Shown here one piece after another: positions 27,458-36,967 of a stretch of DNA of 58,920 nt. Position 1 is the first letter of the stretch. Each line of letters opens with the position of its first letter. This DNA is from a bacterium (GTDB taxonomy: Bacteria > Patescibacteriota > Saccharimonadia > Saccharimonadales > AWTP1-31). Where the stretch lies: NCBI GenBank assembly GCA_030426125.1, contig JAUHZB010000005.1, positions 1-58,920 on the forward strand, given 5' to 3'. The position numbers and the translations under genes are program-made. The notes beneath the pieces are model-generated. The model made no database searches. It was given only the letters and a program-made list of their open reading frames with translations, and had not been told where the DNA came from.

Positions 27458-28963
27458 ATGGTCAATAGTACTAACAACAGTAGCAATAACCAGAACAATA
27501 GTGCTCGTAGCTTCTATTTCTATGACCTAGAAACGTCGGGTTTCAATTCTAGGACAGCTCGTATTATGCAGTTTGCGGGACAGCGGACTGATATGGATTT
27601 AAATCCAATTGGCGAGCCAGATAACATCCTAATCAAGCTAGCTGAAGATGTTTTACCAGATCCTGGAGCAATACTAGTAACTGGAATTACCCCTCAGCAA
27701 ACCATCATGGAAGGTATTACTGAGCTAGAATTTCTAAAGATATTTAATTCCAGGATTGCCACGCCCGGTACAGTTTTCTTAGGTTATAATACCCTGCGTT
27801 TTGATGATGAGTTTATAAGAGCTATTAATTACCGGAATTTCTTTGATCCTTACCGCTGGCACTGGGAGGCAAGTCGTGCACGTTGGGATTTGCTCGACTT
27901 GGTACGGATGACTAGAGCGCTGCGCCCCGAGGGCATTAAGTGGCCAGTAAATGAAGAAGGCTTTGCAACTAATAGATTGGAACTAATAGCTAAACTAAAC
28001 GGTTTGGAGCATACCAAAGCTCATGATGCTCTTAGTGATGTGTTGGTGACCATAAAGCTAGCTCAGCTAATTAAAGAAAAGCAACCTAAGCTTTTTGAAT
28101 ATTTATACAAGATGAGCGATAAAGCGGCGGTTAGTAAGCTTGTAAATAGTTCAGATATTTTCGTTTATACATCTGGCAAGTATCCAAGTGAGTATCAGAA
28201 GACTACTTTGGTTGCTAAGTTAGCGGATCATCTAGATAAATCCGGAAAAGCCGATGGGGCCTTGGTCTACGACCTGCGAGTGAACCCGGAGCATTTTGCT
28301 GATATGACGGTTCAACAGATAGTAGAGGCTTGGCGCTGGAAAGACAAGGAAGATAAGTCGATTCGTTTGCCGGGTAAAACCCTGAAATATAACCGTTGTC
28401 CGGCTATTGCTCCATTGGAGGTTATAACTGGAGCCTCTGGTAGCCAGCAAATCTTAGAGCGCTTACAACTAGACATCAGGCAGATAGAGACAAACAAACA
28501 GCGATTACAAGCAGCAAGCGGTTTAGCTAAGAAGGTAGAAGAGGCTCTTGTGGTCCTAGATAAAGAGCAAGAAAAGCGCTACGCCAAGAAAAATAAGCAT
28601 GTTGATGAACAGATTTATGACGGTTTCTTTTCGGCAAAAGACAATAGCCTGATGAATAAAGTTCATAGTACTAGTCCAGAAAACTTAGCTGACTTTGTTC
28701 GAGAATTCTCAGACTCTAGACTTAAAGAATTATTACCGCTGTATAAGGCCAGAAATTTCCCTGAGAAGTTAACATCAGAAGAACGTCAAACCTGGGAAGA
28801 TTATCTAAAAGTTGAGTTAATGGATGGTGGTCAAAACAGTAAGCTGGCTCAGTTTTTCAAGCGCCTGGAAGAAGTCTCGAGTAATAGAAAACTAAGTAAA
28901 GCCCAGCAATCGCTGATAGAAGACCTGGATTTATACGGTCAAAGTTTAATAATTAACGACTAG
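27458..28963 (+). CDS. sbcB: exodeoxyribonuclease I
   Basis: FYDLETSG, QFAGQRTD, GYNTLRFDDE, AHDALSDV, YKARNFP. Confidence 0.92.
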   Translation: MVNSTNNSSNNQNNSARSFYFYDLETSGFNSRTARIMQFAGQRTDMDLNPIGEPDNILIKLAEDVLPDPGAILVTGITPQQTIMEGITELEFLKIFNSRIATPGTVFLGYNTLRFDDEFIRAINYRNFFDPYRWHWEASRARWDLLDLVRMTRALRPEGIKWPVNEEGFATNRLELIAKLNGLEHTKAHDALSDVLVTIKLAQLIKEKQPKLFEYLYKMSDKAAVSKLVNSSDIFVYTSGKYPSEYQKTTLVAKLADHLDKSGKADGALVYDLRVNPEHFADMTVQQIVEAWRWKDKEDKSIRLPGKTLKYNRCPAIAPLEVITGASGSQQILERLQLDIRQIETNKQRLQAASGLAKKVEEALVVLDKEQEKRYAKKNKHVDEQIYDGFFSAKDNSLMNKVHSTSPENLADFVREFSDSRLKELLPLYKARNFPEKLTSEERQTWEDYLKVELMDGGQNSKLAQFFKRLEEVSSNRKLSKAQQSLIEDLDLYGQSLIIND

Positions 28964-28974
28964 AGAATTAATTA

Positions 28975-29166
28975 CTAGCTGTGACGAACTATTTTACTGG
29001 CAAGTCCTAGTAGTCTAGTCTGGTGATCTTTAATGTCTTTAACTTTTTTCAGTTCGACGTAGGCTAGTGCACCGAGGGCAATAAACAAACTAATCACTAG
29101 AACCCAGGTTATTGTTAGAGTTATTGAAGTGCCAGGTATAATACCCAGTATTAGAAAATCTAGCAT
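28975..29166 (-). CDS. small membrane protein
   Basis: 63 aa with TM segment; AAGGGCGG upstream. Confidence 0.55.
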   Translation of the reverse strand: MLDFLILGIIPGTSITLTITWVLVISLFIALGALAYVELKKVKDIKDHQTRLLGLASKIVRHS

Positions 29167-29371
29167 GATTGCCGCCCTTGTATAATTACTTGTTAATTTG
29201 ATTATATTAATAATTAGCTAGAGTGTCAATAAGATTGTATAGTGTTAATGCTTAATTAAGTCAAATTAAGTTGGGTGATTGACATTTATGTATCCGGGCT
29301 ACTGGTGAAAAAGACAATAATTTTGTAAAGTAGTTAATATAATATTCTAACTAGAGAGATATTAGAGCTGA

Positions 29372-30061
29372 ATGCCTAGAAGAAAAAACAAAGGCCGAGG
29401 CGGTCGTAGTCAAGCCCAAAGAGAGAAGCGACGTGGCGGTAACGTTATTAAAGCGTGGCGTATGCTCGATCGTGATATTTCCTCAAGACTCTCTGGAACA
29501 ATGTTAGAACTGGAAAAAGATGGAGCAATCCCTGAGTTAAGTAGTGTGTGGAGGGCGCATAGAGTAGCTATAATCGATCCCAGGCTAGTAAAAAAAGATA
29601 TGCGCCAGGGTTTTGAGATGAGCATGGATTTTGTTAGAGAAATGAATAGAATCCATCGTAATTCCGAAGAACTATTTCCTAGACCACAGGCAAAATTGGG
29701 ACAAGTAGTAATTAAAGGCAGTCCCAATAAACGCTTTATTGCCCTGCAGCTGGACAGTGAAAAGATTAGACAAGAACGTGAAGCAGCTTATCGGGCGTTG
29801 GGTGGTGCAGGGTTGAAGGGCTTTCAGAACGATGCTAAGAATAGTAGAAGATGCTCAAACATTGACATAATATTAGCCAAAACCAAGGCCCCAATGATGC
29901 CGGACTATAAAATATATAACGATGAACTAGATCCTAGTAGATATAGCATATCTCAAGAACAAGTTATCGAGGCCGTTACCGACACGCTTACAATTCATGG
30001 TTTATATGACGAAACAGTTGAGTTTGGGGATTTAGATATGCCTGAGAGTAGGCATGGATAG
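29372..30061 (+). CDS. hypothetical protein with basic N-terminus
   Basis: 229 aa ORF, Arg/Lys-rich N-terminus. Confidence 0.55.
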   Translation: MPRRKNKGRGGRSQAQREKRRGGNVIKAWRMLDRDISSRLSGTMLELEKDGAIPELSSVWRAHRVAIIDPRLVKKDMRQGFEMSMDFVREMNRIHRNSEELFPRPQAKLGQVVIKGSPNKRFIALQLDSEKIRQEREAAYRALGGAGLKGFQNDAKNSRRCSNIDIILAKTKAPMMPDYKIYNDELDPSRYSISQEQVIEAVTDTLTIHGLYDETVEFGDLDMPESRHG

Positions 30062-30080
30062 GCGGTTTAGTGTATAATAA

Positions 30081-32900
30081 ATGGACTTTATGCACGATTA
30101 TATTGAGGTTAAAGGAGCGCGCGAGCATAACTTAAAAGATATTAATGTTAAGTTACCGCGCAATAAACTAGTAGTCATTACTGGGCTGTCTGGCTCTGGA
30201 AAATCTAGTTTAGCGTTCGATACTATTTACGCTGAGGGCCAGCGTCGCTACGTCGAGTCACTTAGTAGCTACGCTCGGCAGTTTTTGGGGCTAATGGAAA
30301 AACCTGATGTTGATCAAATTGATGGGTTAAGCCCAGCAATTAGTATTGACCAGAAGTCTACTAGCCGGAACCCAAGGAGTACTGTAGCTACTGTAACTGA
30401 AATTTATGACTATTTAAGGCTGTTATACGCTAGAATCGGTGTACCTCATTGCCCAGTATGTTCTAAGCCAGTTGAAAGACAGACCACTAATGCCATAGTA
30501 GATAAAGTTGCTTCACTGCCTAGTAGTGCAAGACTAATAATCCTAGCCCCAGTTGTGATAGATAAAAAAGGGGCTTTTGAGCACATACCGGAGCAGTATC
30601 AGCGAGCTGGCTTTGCCAGAGCTCGAGTCGACGGCGTAATTTATGCTCTTGATGAATTCCCAGAACTAGATAAAAAGTACAAACATACCATCGAGGTTGT
30701 TATCGACCGATTGGTAAACGATAAAGATAGTCAGGGACGGCTTAGTCAGTCAGTCGAACAGGGCCTAGATATTGGCAATGGCCGATTAAACGTAATCAAC
30801 GCCGATGATGACTCACTGCATAACTATAGCTTAATGTATGCCTGTATTGACCACCCGGAAGTAACTATTCCTGAACTAGAGCCAAGGACTTTTAGTTTTA
30901 ATAGCCCACATGGGGCTTGCCCAGTTTGTACTGGTCTTGGCTCTCGGCTAGAAGTTGATCCGGAATTAGTAATACCAAATGGCAGACTTACTATAGCTGA
31001 AGGGGCAATACGTCCTTTTAATCGGATTAGTACCGACAGTTGGTATACCAAGAAACTGGCGGCTGTGGCTGAGCGCTATAACTTTAGTCTGCATGTTCCA
31101 ACTTCTGAGCTAACAGCTGATCAGATTCAAAAACTTATGTATGGAACCGGAAACCAGAAATACAGTGTTAGCCTAGGGACTGGTCGTAGTTTTGAAACTA
31201 CCTATGAGGGAGTGGTTAACAATCTAGAACGGCGCCATAAAGAAACTGACAGTGACTTTATTCGTCGTGATATCGAGCGATTCATGCAAGAAAAGCCTTG
31301 CCATGCCTGCAATGGAAAAAGATTAAAGCCAGAAGTGTTAGCTGTAACGGTCGCCAATGCCTCAATTATGGATATCTGTGAACTATCTATTGATGAAGCC
31401 GTTAAGTTTTTTGAGGGCATCAAGCTAAACTCCAAGCAACTACATATTGCTGAGATGATCTTCAAAGAAATAATGTCGCGTCTAAAATTTCTTCAGGACG
31501 TAGGCCTAAACTATTTGAACTTACTTAGAAGTGCGGCCACGCTAAGTGGTGGTGAGGCTCAGCGGATTAGATTAGCTACACAAATAGGTTCTGGACTGCA
31601 GGGTGTGCTTTATGTCCTCGATGAACCGTCAATTGGATTGCATCAGCGAGATAATAGCCGATTAATTAAGACCCTTAAATACCTAAGAGACCTTGGTAAT
31701 AGCGTTGTTGTTGTTGAGCATGATGAGGAAACTATCCGCTCAGCAGACTATTTAGTAGACATTGGGCCTGGGGCTGGCGTGCATGGCGGTAAGATTGTAG
31801 CCGAGGGTTCACCGGACAAGGTAGCAAAGGTTGAGGCCAGTATTACTGGACAGTACTTAAGGCATCAAAAAACTATTGCTGTGCCAAAAAAGACACGACC
31901 TGGTAACGGCAAAGAACTACGTATTTTAGGGGCTAGTGAGCATAATCTAAAAAATGTTGACGTAAGTATTCCACTCGGTAAGTTGGTGGTAGTAAGTGGA
32001 GTCTCTGGCTCTGGAAAATCTAGTTTAATAAATGATATCTTAGGCAAAGAACTATCTGCCAGACTAATGCGATCCAATACTGTTCCAGGTAAGCACCAGG
32101 ACATTAAAGGTATAGAGCATTTGGATAAAGTAATAAACATTGATCAGTCGCCAATTGGTCGGACACCGCGCAGTAACCCGGCCACCTACACTGGACTATT
32201 CACGCCAATTAGGGAGCTATTTGCTGGCGTGCCAGAAGCTAAACTACGTGGTTATGGTCCTGGTCGCTTCAGCTTCAATGTTAAGGGCGGGCGTTGTGAA
32301 AACTGTTCTGGTGATGGAATTATTAAAATTGAGATGCATTTCTTGCCTGATGTATACGTACCCTGTGAAGTCTGTAAAGGCAAACGCTATAACCGTGAAG
32401 CACTTGAGATCCATTACAAGGGCAAGACTATTAGCGATGTGCTTAGTATGACCTGTGAGCAGGCTTTAGAATTCTTTGCCAATATTCCGTCTGTAGCCCG
32501 CAAACTACAAACTTTAGTTGAGGTTGGCCTTGGCTATATTAACTTAGGCCAGCCAGCAACAACTCTTAGCGGTGGTGAAGCCCAGCGGATTAAGCTAGCC
32601 ACTGAGCTAAGTAGGCGTTCAACAGGACGGACACTATATATCCTAGATGAACCAACTACTGGGCTACATATTGCCGATGTGGATAAGCTATTAGATGTTC
32701 TGCAGGCCCTAGTCGACAATGGTAATAGTATGATTGTAATCGAGCATAATTTAGATGTGGTAAAGTCAGCTGATCATATTATTGATATGGGGCCAGATGG
32801 TGGTGCCGGCGGTGGAATGGTGGTTGCTGAAGGAACACCTAAGCAGGTAAGTCAGAACTCGAAATCCTATACTGGTTCATATCTAAAAGAAATACTGTGA
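30081..32900 (+). CDS. uvrA: excinuclease ABC subunit A
   Basis: GAREHNLK, two GxSGSGKS Walker [10 protein letters not shown] x2, zinc fingers. Confidence 0.98.
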   Translation: MDFMHDYIEVKGAREHNLKDINVKLPRNKLVVITGLSGSGKSSLAFDTIYAEGQRRYVESLSSYARQFLGLMEKPDVDQIDGLSPAISIDQKSTSRNPRSTVATVTEIYDYLRLLYARIGVPHCPVCSKPVERQTTNAIVDKVASLPSSARLIILAPVVIDKKGAFEHIPEQYQRAGFARARVDGVIYALDEFPELDKKYKHTIEVVIDRLVNDKDSQGRLSQSVEQGLDIGNGRLNVINADDDSLHNYSLMYACIDHPEVTIPELEPRTFSFNSPHGACPVCTGLGSRLEVDPELVIPNGRLTIAEGAIRPFNRISTDSWYTKKLAAVAERYNFSLHVPTSELTADQIQKLMYGTGNQKYSVSLGTGRSFETTYEGVVNNLERRHKETDSDFIRRDIERFMQEKPCHACNGKRLKPEVLAVTVANASIMDICELSIDEAVKFFEGIKLNSKQLHIAEMIFKEIMSRLKFLQDVGLNYLNLLRSAATLSGGEAQRIRLATQIGSGLQGVLYVLDEPSIGLHQRDNSRLIKTLKYLRDLGNSVVVVEHDEETIRSADYLVDIGPGAGVHGGKIVAEGSPDKVAKVEASITGQYLRHQKTIAVPKKTRPGNGKELRILGASEHNLKNVDVSIPLGKLVVVSGVSGSGKSSLINDILGKELSARLMRSNTVPGKHQDIKGIEHLDKVINIDQSPIGRTPRSNPATYTGLFTPIRELFAGVPEAKLRGYGPGRFSFNVKGGRCENCSGDGIIKIEMHFLPDVYVPCEVCKGKRYNREALEIHYKGKTISDVLSMTCEQALEFFANIPSVARKLQTLVEVGLGYINLGQPATTLSGGEAQRIKLATELSRRSTGRTLYILDEPTTGLHIADVDKLLDVLQALVDNGNSMIVIEHNLDVVKSADHIIDMGPDGGAGGGMVVAEGTPKQVSQNSKSYTGSYLKEIL

Positions 32901-33036
32901 TTCTATCTGCAGTTTCGATAAGAAACGTTAAAGTTGTTCATACCAATTTAACAACGACATCGACCCTCAAATCTGTTATAATAGCATAAGAAATCTGATA
33001 AGCATTCTATAATTATTCTAAAGGAGTAGAAATTTG

Positions 33037-33720
33037 ATGAGCGGACAGGAACTAACTATTAAGCTGGAAAAACGTAGTGTAGAAGGTAAGCAAGTAAGGG
33101 GTCTTAGGCGTCAAGGAATTGTGCCAGCTGTAATTCATGATCATGGCAAACCTTCTATAATTGTCGAAGGGGCTTTTAATGAACTAACCAAGGCTTATCA
33201 CCTGGCTGGAAAGCACCACCCACTTACAGCTACAGTAGCTGGCAAAAAGTACGTAACTTTAATTAAAGACGTCGATTTTGAACCACGAAAACATACTATT
33301 CGTCACATTGTTTTTAATGCAATTAAGGCCGATGAGAAACAAAAAATTGAGATTGCTCTAGAATACGAGGGCGATGCTGAGGCTGAGAAAGCTGGACTAG
33401 AAATTGTACATAACCTTGATAGTGTTGAAATCGAGGCTCTACCAAAAGACCTTATAGATAACTTAACAGTAGATATCTCTGGCTTAGCCGAAATTGGCGA
33501 CAAAGTATTAGTTTCTGATCTAAAAGTCCCTAGCGGAGTTGAGATCCTAACAGAAGCTGATCACCCAATTGCTACAGTTGAAGAACCTAAGGTTCAAGAA
33601 GAGCCTGAAGAGCCTGAAGAAGGTGCTGAAGGTGAAGAACCTGAAACGGGATCTGAAGAAGGCGCTGGATCAGCTGATGACAGCAGTGACTCTTCTGAAT
33701 CTAAAGATAAAGAAGACTAG
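33037..33720 (+). CDS. rplY: 50S ribosomal protein bL25 (Ctc type)
   Basis: LRRQGIVPAVIH, DFEP...HIVF, C-terminal domain and acidic tail; AAGGAG SD. Confidence 0.9.
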   Translation: MSGQELTIKLEKRSVEGKQVRGLRRQGIVPAVIHDHGKPSIIVEGAFNELTKAYHLAGKHHPLTATVAGKKYVTLIKDVDFEPRKHTIRHIVFNAIKADEKQKIEIALEYEGDAEAEKAGLEIVHNLDSVEIEALPKDLIDNLTVDISGLAEIGDKVLVSDLKVPSGVEILTEADHPIATVEEPKVQEEPEEPEEGAEGEEPETGSEEGAGSADDSSDSSESKDKED

Positions 33721-33754
33721 TTTAGACACAATAAGCTAACTTTGTAGGATAGAC

Positions 33755-35551
33755 CTAGTCTTCTATAAAGCCGCCAGATTGGTGGGCCCATAGTTCGGCG
33801 TATTTGCCCTTCTTTTTTATTAACTGGCTGTGACTTCCTTGTTCTATTACTCGACCATCTTCAAGAACAATAATCCGATCCATTTTTTGAATTGTACTTA
33901 AGCGGTGAGCAATAACAATAGCCGTTTTATTAGCCATTAGTTTCCAGAGCGCATCTTGGATTAATCCTTCGCTTTCAGAATCTAGCGCGCTGGTAGCTTC
34001 GTCTAGGACTACAATCGGGGCGTCTTTAATCATGGCCCGGGCAATAGCGATTCTTTGTCTTTGACCACCGGATAGTTTAACGCCGCGTTCACCAACTAAG
34101 GTGTCATATTTATTTGGTATTTTGCTAATGAACTCATCAGCATTTGCTAACTTGGCAATGGCTTTTATTTGCTTGAAATCGGCTCCTGGTTTGCCATATT
34201 CAATGTTTTCGGCAATTGTTCGATGGAACATTAGTGGTTCTTGGGGAACGTAGGTAATCTTTGATCGAAGATCTGCTTGGCGGATATCTCGGATATCTTG
34301 ACCATCTATAGTGATTGAACCACCGTCAATGTCGGCAAAGCGCAGGATCAAACTAGTAATACTGGTTTTACCGCTTCCGGAGTGACCAACAAGGCCAATT
34401 TTTTCACCGGCTTTAATACTCAGGTTTAATTTCTTAAACAGTGCCTCATTATTATCTGCATGGGTAAAAGTAACATCCTTGAACTGTATAGATCCACTAG
34501 TAATTGCCAATTTCTGTGGATTTGCTGGATCCTGAATAGTGGGGCTAATGTGTAGGATCTCAGTCATGTCGTAAGCATCACCCAGTGATTGGTTGATATT
34601 CTTCAATGCATGGTTTCCAAATATCCAGAGACCTTCGGCGATGATACCAATATATGTAAATATTAGGAAAACGGTAGCTACGTCGCTATCGAAGTTGACA
34701 ACACCAATAATAGCGATCAGTAGACTGGCAGTTAAAAGAACTGCGTTAACTGAGGAGAATATGAACTCTCTTTTAATTACCGAAGTCACTAGCCTTTGGT
34801 AAGCACTTCTTGTTTGGGAGGTTGCCTGTATATAGCGTTTCTTTTCGAAACCCTCTTTAGCGAAGCTTTTTACTGCTATAACGTTGGCAATGGCGTCAGC
34901 TAAGAACCCAGTTTGTTTATTTTGCGCTTTAGCTAACAGCGTAGTTAGCTTTCGAATATGTCTGGTTATAGCAATCGCAATAATGACGAATATAACTGAA
35001 AAAGCCACTAGAAACAAAGCCACATAAGGGGCTCGAGGGTAGAGAATTATAATCGCCAATATAAAAGACAGAATCAAGCCGTTTATTTGGTAAAAGATAG
35101 TATCAGTTAGTCGCACATAAGCACCGGCGAATTTATTGGCCTGACTAACCAGTGATCCTCCAAAGCGGTTAGCGTGGAAGTTATTGCTTTGAGCTACTAA
35201 ATGATTAAAAATCCGATTATGAATATCGAATAGAACCCTTTTTTCTAACTGCACCAAAAAGAAGTTTTGTAATCTACCAATGAATACTCCGCCAACAATG
35301 ACAACAAGTAGGTAAGCTACAAAGATGGCGCCAAAGGAGTTCATAAAATCACCAGCAATATATTGCCGACTGCTAATTTTATCGAAGATATTTGCTATGA
35401 TAAGCGGTGGCAGAAAGCGATAAGAGAATACAAAACTAAGTCCGCTAATTAGGGCAGAGAATAGGAAGGTTTTATGTTCATAGGCATGTTGCCAGAACAG
35501 AGCGACTGTCTGTTTGTTGACATTGGTTCGTTTTTTGGATTGTTTTGACAT
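33755..35551 (-). CDS. ABC exporter, fused permease/ATPase (MdlB-like)
   Basis: six TM segments, GHSGSGKT, LSGGQRQR, LDEATSALD. Confidence 0.93.
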   Translation of the reverse strand: MSKQSKKRTNVNKQTVALFWQHAYEHKTFLFSALISGLSFVFSYRFLPPLIIANIFDKISSRQYIAGDFMNSFGAIFVAYLLVVIVGGVFIGRLQNFFLVQLEKRVLFDIHNRIFNHLVAQSNNFHANRFGGSLVSQANKFAGAYVRLTDTIFYQINGLILSFILAIIILYPRAPYVALFLVAFSVIFVIIAIAITRHIRKLTTLLAKAQNKQTGFLADAIANVIAVKSFAKEGFEKKRYIQATSQTRSAYQRLVTSVIKREFIFSSVNAVLLTASLLIAIIGVVNFDSDVATVFLIFTYIGIIAEGLWIFGNHALKNINQSLGDAYDMTEILHISPTIQDPANPQKLAITSGSIQFKDVTFTHADNNEALFKKLNLSIKAGEKIGLVGHSGSGKTSITSLILRFADIDGGSITIDGQDIRDIRQADLRSKITYVPQEPLMFHRTIAENIEYGKPGADFKQIKAIAKLANADEFISKIPNKYDTLVGERGVKLSGGQRQRIAIARAMIKDAPIVVLDEATSALDSESEGLIQDALWKLMANKTAIVIAHRLSTIQKMDRIIVLEDGRVIEQGSHSQLIKKKGKYAELWAHQSGGFIED

Positions 35552-35650
35552 GGTAGCCTCCAGCTACTAGTTAACTTTTATAGAATTAATTGATTATAGT
35601 TAGCGATTTGACCGCTATTTTTGAATTTTTTGTTTTGCAAACAGGGTCGT

Positions 35651-35710
35651 CTAGCGTGCCGCGTTTGTGGCGACCGAAGAGATGTTGCTGTTGTTTGACA
35701 TGAATTTCAT
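35651..35710 (-). CDS. putative leader peptide MKFMSNNSNISSVATNAAR
   Basis: short ORF with AAAGGA upstream, 100 nt before ABC exporter whose SD lies in a hairpin. Confidence 0.5.
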   Translation of the reverse strand: MKFMSNNSNISSVATNAAR

Positions 35711-35829
35711 GATTTTTTGGCCGCTCTTTCCTTTAATTTAATATATGAAATACAGGTTACCACGGAATAACTGTTTAGAGCAAGTGCCTAGAGAAGAAAA
35801 TGTTTGTTTAATTTGCTATAATACTGCCG

Positions 35830-36705
35830 ATGAAAAAAGTAATTCTCTACTATAAGTTTGTCCCAGTGGCTGATCCGGCTATTACTATGCGTTGGCAGCG
35901 TGAACTGTGTAATCGTTTAAATTTAAAAGGACGCATAATTATTAGTGAGCACGGCATCAATGGAACTCTTGGTGGAGATATTGAAGACCTGCGTGAATAC
36001 AAGCGAGAAATGAATCGATCAGTTATCTTTAAAGGCATCCAGTACAAATGGAGTGCAGGCGATGGTAAGGAATTTCCAAGATTAAGCGTCAAAGTCCGAC
36101 CGGAGCTAGTTGCTTTTGGTGCTCCTGAAGAGCTAAAGGTAGATAAGAAGGGCGTAGTAAATGGCGGTAAACACCTAAAACCCGATGCCCTTCATAAATT
36201 ACTAGAAAAAAAGCCCGAGACTGTTTTCTTTGATGGTCGAAATGCCTATGAGGCCGAAGTAGGGCGGTTTAAAGATGCTGTGGTGCCAGAAACCGAGACT
36301 ACCCGGGATTTTATTAGTGAAATTGAAAGTGGAAAGTACGATGATTTAAAGAAAAAACCAGTGGTCACCTATTGTACTGGTGGCGTTCGCTGTGAGGCGC
36401 TTAGCGTTTTAATGAAAAATCGCGGGTTTGAAGAGGTCTATCAGATGGATGGCGGAATTGTTAAATATGGTGAAAAATTTGCTGATGATGGCTACTGGGA
36501 AGGCTCTTTATACATATTCGATGGCCGAATGGAGCAACGCTTTAGTGATAAATCCAAGGATATTGGTAAGTGTGTGCACTGCAGGTCAAAAACCAGTCGC
36601 TATATAAACTGCGCTGAAGTTTCATGTAATAAATTGGTGCTAGTCTGTGATAAATGTGGTGATGTTTCACATTGTTCGTCGCATAAGCACCTAAGTGTTG
36701 CTTAA
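35830..36705 (+). CDS. trhO: tRNA uridine(34) hydroxylase (rhodanese-related)
   Basis: LKGRIIISEHGINGT, DGRNAYE, YCTGGVRCE, GGIVKY, FDGR, C-terminal Cys cluster. Confidence 0.9.
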   Translation: MKKVILYYKFVPVADPAITMRWQRELCNRLNLKGRIIISEHGINGTLGGDIEDLREYKREMNRSVIFKGIQYKWSAGDGKEFPRLSVKVRPELVAFGAPEELKVDKKGVVNGGKHLKPDALHKLLEKKPETVFFDGRNAYEAEVGRFKDAVVPETETTRDFISEIESGKYDDLKKKPVVTYCTGGVRCEALSVLMKNRGFEEVYQMDGGIVKYGEKFADDGYWEGSLYIFDGRMEQRFSDKSKDIGKCVHCRSKTSRYINCAEVSCNKLVLVCDKCGDVSHCSSHKHLSVA

Positions 36706-36748
36706 GCTGCTCATCTAGAAATAAATTGTTATAAAACTGTTAAAGCTA

Positions 36749-36777
36749 TTGACAAATAATCAATAATATAGTAATAT
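36749..36777 (+). promoter_or_regulatory. sigma70-type promoter
   Basis: TTGACA-N17-TAATAT. Confidence 0.7.
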
Positions 36778-36794
36778 TCACATACCAAAAAGTG

Positions 36795-36876
36795 TTTTGG
36801 TTGTAAGCGAAGAAATATATATCTAATCTGGACGCTCGATATATATGGAGCTACTAGCGTAACCGGGCAACTAAAC
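36795..36876 (+). ncRNA. c-di-GMP-II-like riboswitch aptamer
   Basis: P1 TTTGGTTGT/GCAACTAAA; GAAG/GGAG kink-turn-like; ATATATATC/GATATATAT stem; loop CTGGACGC pseudoknots with GCGTAACCGG. Confidence 0.75.
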
Positions 36877-36886
36877 CGTCTCTAAT

Positions 36887-36922
36887 AAGCGGTTTGGCAG
36901 TCTAAAAGCTAAGCCGCTTTTT
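36887..36922 (+). terminator. riboswitch expression-platform terminator
   Basis: AAGCGGTTTGGC/GCTAAGCCGCTT stem plus T-run; alternative pairing 36871-36878 with 36890-36897. Confidence 0.75.
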
Positions 36923-36967
36923 GGTTGTAATTAATTATCCCTAATCGTTCTTATAGGAGTATTATTT

